Part shown: in pieces, positions 57,098 to 64,000 of the stretch
How positions within the stretch are numbered: the stretch's first letter is position 1
Layout of the letters: each line of letters begins with the position of its first letter
Assembly: GCA_964016885.1 (NCBI GenBank)
Contig: OZ024744.1
Location: forward strand, 83,018,001-83,082,000
Source of the DNA: Eledone cirrhosa
Taxonomy: Eukaryota
DNA length: 64,000 nucleotides
Direction of reading: 5' to 3'
Program-made: the position numbers and the translations under genes
The notes under the pieces: model-generated
The model's database searches: none
Seen by the model: the letters and a program-made list of their open reading frames with translations, nothing else
What the model was told of the DNA's origin: nothing

Positions 57098-57626
57098 AAA
57101 ATAAAGTTAAATAAAAGTCAAATGATTAAAATTTAGCTTCGTTTATTACTGCTATATATATTTCAGTGACAGCCATCTTTGGCTGTGACCTCTTCAGGCA
57201 GTTTGAATTAGTATGCTATAGACAAGTACATATGTTGTTTAGGTGTATGATATTGTCAATACTCTGATATGCCCAGTTCCTTGTTGGGTTGTTAATTCAC
57301 TGGGGAACTGGAGTCATATATATATATGTGAATTAACAACCCAACAAGGAACTGGGCATATCAGAGTATTGACAATATCATACACCTAAACAACATATGT
57401 ACTTGTCTATAGCATACTAATTCAAACTGCCTGAAGAGGTCACAGCCAAAGATGGCTGTCACTGAAATATATATAGCAGTAATAAACGAAGCTAAATTTT
57501 AATCATTTGACTTTTATTTAACTTTATTTTACACTACTCCGGAGTAACCAAACCAACCTGCGCACTTCGTCGAGTGCTCCAGCCTGCATACTGAGGTGTT
57601 GGTATACAACCAACATAAACTCAAAA

Positions 57627-57627
<1 letters not shown>
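57098..57627. mobile_element. Head-to-head HHR element with ~203-bp near-perfect arms
   Basis: Arms 57098-57300/57328-57530; spacer contains (AT)6. Confidence 0.85.
57426..57480 (+). ncRNA. Minimal hammerhead ribozyme (mirror copy 57148-57202 on - strand)
   Basis: actgc-CTGAAGA-ggt c acagcc aaagat ggctgt c act-GAAA-tatata-TA-gcagt. Confidence 0.85.
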
Positions 57628-57704
<77 letters not shown>

Positions 57705-57843
57705 AATATCAATGGATTTGCTAATATGCAGATCTGACTAATCAGCCAGCCTGCTAATATGCAAATCAGGCCGATCAATCAATGTGTCATTTTGAAAATA
57801 GCATATATATTCAGTAGCTCTGACAGTTTGGCAGGTGAACAGT

Positions 57844-57894
57844 GAGCTGTACTGATGAAGGGTGGATACCCAGAAACATTAGTGTCAGCAGTTC
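57844..57894 (+). ncRNA. Hammerhead ribozyme in (TA)n-flanked element 57705-58030
   Basis: gagctgta-CTGATGA-a gggt ggat accc a-GAAA-ca ttag tg-TC-agcagttc. Confidence 0.7.
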
Positions 57895-58026
57895 TATTAA
57901 CATGCCAACATAAGATCAAGAATGAAGTGTTCATTTTATTGACATGGCTATAAAATTAAGGCTTGTTTGCATAATTGCAAATGAATCGAATGTTATTATT
58001 AATATTCGAAAAACTCAAATTACATT

Positions 58027-58098
<72 letters not shown>

Positions 58099-58826
58099 AA
58101 TTTTAGTACAACATCAACGAAGCTTTTGGTAGCAGCCAAGCTAACGAATGCAGTTTCGGTGTGCAGCTAAGCACTCAATGGAGAATATTACCCCAGAGTT
58201 ATAACATTACGTTTAGACAGCAGCTTTGCAAATCAAATACAGCGACCGACAGTCTGGCCGCAGAGACCATAGCGACGAAAAAAACTGAACTCAGGAAAAA
58301 AAAAATATATATATATATAATATGTTGGTTCTCCTGTGGTGTTGGGGGTCAGCACAGTTAAAAAATGTACTCGATACGCTGGTAGAGTTTAGGGATCTTT
58401 ACTATATATATAGAAATGACACCTAAACGATTAGAACTGGTTCATGCCTATGAAATTATCAGGAATGATTTCATACGAAGGAAACAGTTACAGTCCTGTA
58501 AAAGCCATTTCTCTATATGTAATTTAATATGATATAATATATATGTACATCAACAACCACGAAAAACCCCCCTATCTCTCTCGTCTTTGTCACATCCTCT
58601 TTCTTCTCTACTTCAACTTCACATGAATTCCTATGAAAACCTGAACATTCTGGTACGGTAAATATAATCTCTGATGATATGGAATCGATTGTGCATTGGA
58701 TGTCGAATGTTCTACTAACTATATAATATTATAGATGCAGCGAGATCTAGGCAAATTGATGTCTATTGAAACGTACGTTAGAACCGAATAAATCTCTTTT
58801 ACTGCATCTTTCTGTTCTTTTTGATT

Positions 58827-58876
<50 letters not shown>

Positions 58877-59120
58877 AGGAGGTGAGTTTTATTGTAGTAC
58901 AATAAAGCAATGCATATATATTTTCCCAATATCACACATCAATCTAAAATTACTTTTCATATGTTGATTTAAAACTGCACTATCCACAAGTGTTTTTTAG
59001 CCTTCATATCATGTCCTCCTGTTTTATCTGATGAAAACACAAATATTATTGCATGATGATGTTTGTTTTTGAAATGCGCATAATAAAATACATGGAACTC
59101 CTTTAACGATCTTTTGATCT

Positions 59121-59168
<48 letters not shown>

Positions 59169-59176
<8 letters not shown>

Positions 59177-59727
59177 ATGCTTTGGGAGGGTCATATTGCC
59201 AATAACAAACACACGCACCATTTTCTTTCACTCTAATTTATTATAAATTAAATTTATAAGTTTAAGAATTTATAAATTTCAGGTTGGTTGGTTGGTTCCA
59301 TAACCGGGCGGTTGTTCCTATATTGTCAAAGTTCTTTCGTCACACATTCTGTGACCTCTTCAGTGACTGGGGATTCTTTTCTTTGTTTTTGTGCCTCTTC
59401 TTTGTTCTGTCCTACGCCATCTTGTTCTATTCTACGCCATCTTGTCCTACGCCATCTTGTTTTGAAAAACAAGATGGCGTAGGACAGAACGAAGGAGAGG
59501 CACAAAAACAAAGAAAAGAATCCCCAGTCACTGAAGAGGTCACAGAATGTGTGTCGAAATAACTTTTTAAACAATATATGAACAACCGCGCGGTTGTGGA
59601 ACCAACCAACCAACCGGAAATTTATGAATTTTTAAACTTATAAATTTAATTTATAATAAATTGGACTGAAACAACTGGTGCGTGTGTTCCTTATTGGCAA
59701 CATGACCCTCCCAAAGCATAACAATAT
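59169..59727. mobile_element. ~560-bp fold-back element with HHR-like motif in each arm
   Basis: TGTTATGC..GCATAACA ends; ~255-bp arms; centre has three ctacgccatcttgt repeats; related end at 4918-4990. Confidence 0.85.
59325..59367 (-). ncRNA. Minimal hammerhead-like ribozyme
   Basis: gtca-CTGAAGA-g gtcaca gaatg tgtgac-GAAA-gaac-TT-tgac; decayed mirror at 59527-59570. Confidence 0.6.
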
Positions 59728-60013
59728 CGGTTTCAACACACCTTTTCAGATAAAGAATCTTGGTAAACAAATTCAGAAACGAAATATATATATATATATA
59801 TATATGTAAATAGGGAGAAAAAGACGATTATTAGGAAGAAAAATATTTTTTTACTTCTATTTTTTTTTTCTGGGTTAGAATGTGTTTAAAACAAAATATT
59901 TTACTTTGTGTGAAGTGTTAAGGTATTAGTTAATTTATTTATTAAATAACAATGGCATTTATTTATTTATTTATTTATTTATTTTTTTATATATTTAATA
60001 ATTGTCCTTCTCT

Positions 60014-60057
<44 letters not shown>

Positions 60058-60893
60058 CATATTAAATTATATATAGAGAAATGGCTTTTACAGGACTAGA
60101 ACTGTTTCTTTCGTATGAAATCATTCTTGATAATTTCATAGGCATGAACCACTTCTATATATGGGGGGGGGGGGGTTCGGTGTGCATGTCTGTGTATGTT
60201 GTGTTTGTGTATGTGTACCTTTACTCAATATATCTTAACGGTTTAGAAAAAATAAATCGATAACACGAAGAATACCAAATTTAAAAAATAACAACAACAA
60301 CAACAACAGCAACAACAACAGAAAAATACAAGCTCTGGAGTCGATATGATTGACTAAAAATCCTTTCAAGACAGTGCTTCAGCGTCACCGCAATCTAATA
60401 TGTGAAACTTGTAAATAAAATATTAAGAAATAAAAGAAACCAACAGATAGAACAGAGAAACAAAGAGTGAAGCTACAGAGAAACAAGTTTAAGTAGCAAC
60501 AGAAGTATTATTAAGCAGACTATAAAAACAAGAGGATAGCAATGCCAGAGATGCAATGCCAGTTGCACAGTCAAGCTAAATATGTGTGCATTTCGGTGTT
60601 TAGCACAGAGCGACTCGATTGATTTAGAAATAAGATTCCTGTCGTTGGAAAAGGTTGTTTTCGTTCATCTGTGAAGTTTCATAGAAAATCAATATCAACA
60701 GTTTATCTGACCTCATCATAGCTGCTATTCTGCTTGGTTCTATAGTATAGCTTCTGGAGCGAGCTATGTATATGTGCCTTGTTGTCATACATGGCTTAGT
60801 TGCCAATGATTCTACTAGCACTAATACTGTACATAATGTACAAGCTTTAAACCACATCTCTAATTCACATGTGTATATGAAGATATATATGCA

Positions 60894-60942
<49 letters not shown>

Positions 60943-61079
60943 CTGTGTGTGTGTGTGTGTGTGTATGTCAGTCTGTGTCTTTCCCTCACGCCCTTTCTAT
61001 CTTTCTCTCTTTATTTTTCTCTGTCTCTCTCTTCCTCTTTATTTATTTCTTTCTCTGCTTCTGTATCTACACTCACACA

Positions 61080-61191
<112 letters not shown>

Positions 61192-61197
61192 CGTGTG

Positions 61198-61272
<75 letters not shown>

Positions 61273-61934
61273 TATATTTAGGTGTGTGAGCGCGCGGGTA
61301 TGTGTGTGTATGTGTGTCCCCGATTATTTTATAATCTATTTCGTTAAAATTAATTGAAATACGGATATCCTACTAACATCTGAAATATAACAGTTATATT
61401 AAAAGTCTAGTTTCAACTATGTTGACGCTAACAGCCATCTCCCTTCGGAACGTGTGTGTCAAAAGAAAAACTTACAAAATAAATAAAATAAAGAATCTCT
61501 TTGTTTATTTCATTAATGCCTACGGTCATTTCCATTTGTTCCAGACATAAGTTTGCTTTGAATAAGTTAAAAATCTTAGGCGTCTTACATAGTTGAACTT
61601 TTCGGAATATTTTTGCTGAATATGTCTATTACTCGATGGATCGATCGTACAGATAAATCGCAACTCCGAATAATAATGATATTCCTTCGCGGCCACGGAT
61701 AGCTGGGAATCAATCTGCACTTCTATCTATTAAAATAGGAATTTCTATTTAAATTTAAGTCGAATAATCTTTATATGTCTATAGAGGAGATTTGAAGATA
61801 TGAATCGAAATAGAAATAGGAAAAAAAAAAATGAAATCATATATATATATGGGAAATATAACCAGACATCTGTCTACCGAAAAATGATCATGGAAAAAAA
61901 TAATCCATTATCCTTATCAACTAATATTCAAGTG

Positions 61935-62600
61935 TCTTCTTCTTCTTTTTCTTTTTCTTTTTCTTTTTCTTTTTCTTCTTCTTCTTCTTCTTCTTGAGAG
62001 AGTCGTGCGGGCAGAGTCCTCAAACACTCCTTCCAGTGGGTCCTGTGAGAAGCAAACCTCTCTAGTTGAATCCCCAAGCGAGACCATGCAAGCTCAAGAA
62101 TGTTATACATCCCTGGGTCTTACATTACTTTTGATTATCGGATGCTAACGCTGGCACATTATTGCACTTAATTCAGCCCCCTGCCTTCCATTACTGGTGA
62201 ACCCGGTTGAACTTCTTCACCTGCTTCAGTGGGATTTGACTTACATGTAGAGGATGAGAGTTAGTCTTCGCAGCACTGATTTTCAATTCAGCCGTGAAAT
62301 ACTCGGCATCAAAGCTATCAAATGCATGCTTGTCATATATCACCACCTGACAAGTTAATTAACACTATGTCGTGCGCAAATTCCAGACAACTGATCCTAC
62401 ACCCGCCTGTCATGATACTATTTCCAACCCAGCTGCACATATCAATCCAGTCCATGATGATTATGAACTGGGGAGGTAACATTTCGCACCCTTGGTGGAG
62501 TCCAACTCCCACATTGAATTCTTCGACCTAGCACCATTTTTTCTGAACACAAATACTGTGGCATTCATATAGATACTTCACAGCAACAAGAAGCTGTAAG
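61935..62600 (-). pseudogene. Degraded RTE-clade LINE fragments with (GAA)n tail
   Basis: LAWSRLGI..A..R..WKECL 3' end; upstream VGVGLHQGCEM and FAHDIV RT motifs. Confidence 0.7.
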
Positions 62601-63732
62601 ATATTCTTGTGTAATACGTTAAATTTGCATATTTATGTAAATAAGATCAATTGAATAAAAATCTAGATTCGTGTAGTTTCTGATCATTTTATTTTTGTAT
62701 ATTGAGAAGGCAAAAGAAACAGTAAAATAGGTCGAGAGATTGTCTTCTTTTGATTTTTTAAAAGGAAAATCATGATTCTTTTGCGTCATGTCAAATAAAA
62801 CATACTGTTCTGATCTTACGATTCTTTCACGTGGAATAATACAGGCACTCCTTGAGTTACGACCCCCATGCAGTTCGACAATTTATATTTACACACATGC
62901 ACGTGTCTTTCTTTTTCGTATACGTTATGCTTCAACATTCAAATTCATATATATAGGAAGAGGCAAAAATGCTGCTTGCGCAAACAGATATTGATAAATA
63001 CGTACGGGTAAATACGTATAATAAGGTTTAAAAAACAAAATCAAAAGCATTGTTTATTTAATAAAGAAGATATAAGTAAGGCATATAATATTCCCCGCTT
63101 CCAGGTCATAGTTATAGGTCTTCAAGATACATTCATATCAACTGATGATGAGCTGGTTGGATCGAAACCTGATCGTAAGTACCTAAATTATAATTTGTCG
63201 GAAGAAATATTTAAGGGTAACATATATGTTAGAAAGCAAAAGGCTGACACCCGTTATAGTTCAGTTGATTCACCACTTATATGCAGCAGCTTCTCAAATG
63301 TTTTTAATGTTTTCACTGTTTCTTGCTAATTTCTATGCATCTCTATTTATCAGCGTGTCCAGAATAGAGCGGGGAATTTCCTATAATCGCGAGTTTTGGC
63401 TTCAATTCAATAATCTTTTTCCCCGGGAGATGTTTTCAAAGATATCTCAAATGATATAGTTCATCTTCAGGAAGAATTTGAACGTTGAATATATCTCATT
63501 AAATCAAAGGTCAAATTTGAAACAGATATCGTAACTCTGATAATGGATTCGATCACATTATCGAGGCAGAATACATACTGCTGTGAGAAAGATTTTTCAT
63601 TTCCAAAGATAATTTTTCAAAACGTATCTTATTAGAAAAATAATTAAGTTTGTAAATATGGACTATTTTTAACAACTTTTATTCATTTATGTATATACAC
63701 ATGTACATATGTATATACGTGTGTATATGCCT

Positions 63733-63937
63733 GGGGTGCTGGGGTGTCAGGGAGGGGCATGTACCTCTCTAGGGGGGGGGGGGGGCTAGCCATGCCCTTT
63801 TCAGGACAGCTCGTCCTGCATTGGGTCCCACCTAACATTCAGCTCTCACCTGTGGCCCCAAGAAGCTGTAGCATGCGACAGCGGCCACACCCACCCCGGT
63901 AAACCGCCTTGGCTGGCGGGCCGAACTAGGTTGAGGG
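63733..63937 (+). ncRNA. Putative HDV-like ribozyme at an RTE-type 5' UTR (element runs off the window)
   Basis: P1 ggggtg/cacccc, P2 ctctcacctg/taggttgaggg, P3 tggc/gcca, P1.1 cc/gg, P4 cgcc/ggcg, J4/2 gccgaac. Confidence 0.55.
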
Positions 63938-64000
63938 TAGCCGGACCGGGTCTGAAACCAAAGGTGAGTTAGATAGGGGGTGCCTCCCCCTGCATACGAA

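Noticed and set aside
63140-63185. CTGATGA..GAAAC..GTA motif
   Set aside because: No convincing stem I or stem II

Overview
AT-rich eukaryotic repeat DNA with no recognisable host gene. The (TA)n/(CA)n microsatellite load and the tRNA-SINE family resemble octopod cephalopod genomes (inference). Mobile elements: two Penelope-like element (PLE) relics (RT + C-terminal GIY-YIG), a nest of four R4/Dong-type LINEs inserted in (TAA)n tracts, RTE and CRE LINE fragments, many tRNA-SINEs, two non-autonomous Helitron copies and two MITEs. The main signal is non-coding. About ten apparently unrelated families of short elements sit inside (TA)n tracts, and each carries a type I hammerhead ribozyme (HHR) fold read by eye: CUGANGA or UUGANAA core, stem II, GAAA, a short and often palindromic stem III, UH, and a closing stem I. 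Many copies are fold-back inverted duplications, in several cases centred on ribozyme landmarks. One is a 427-bp tandem retrozyme-like array. One family is physically the 3' tail of a PLE relic. A probable HDV-like ribozyme marks an RTE 5' UTR at the window end. All ribozyme calls are manual folds and have not been tested.
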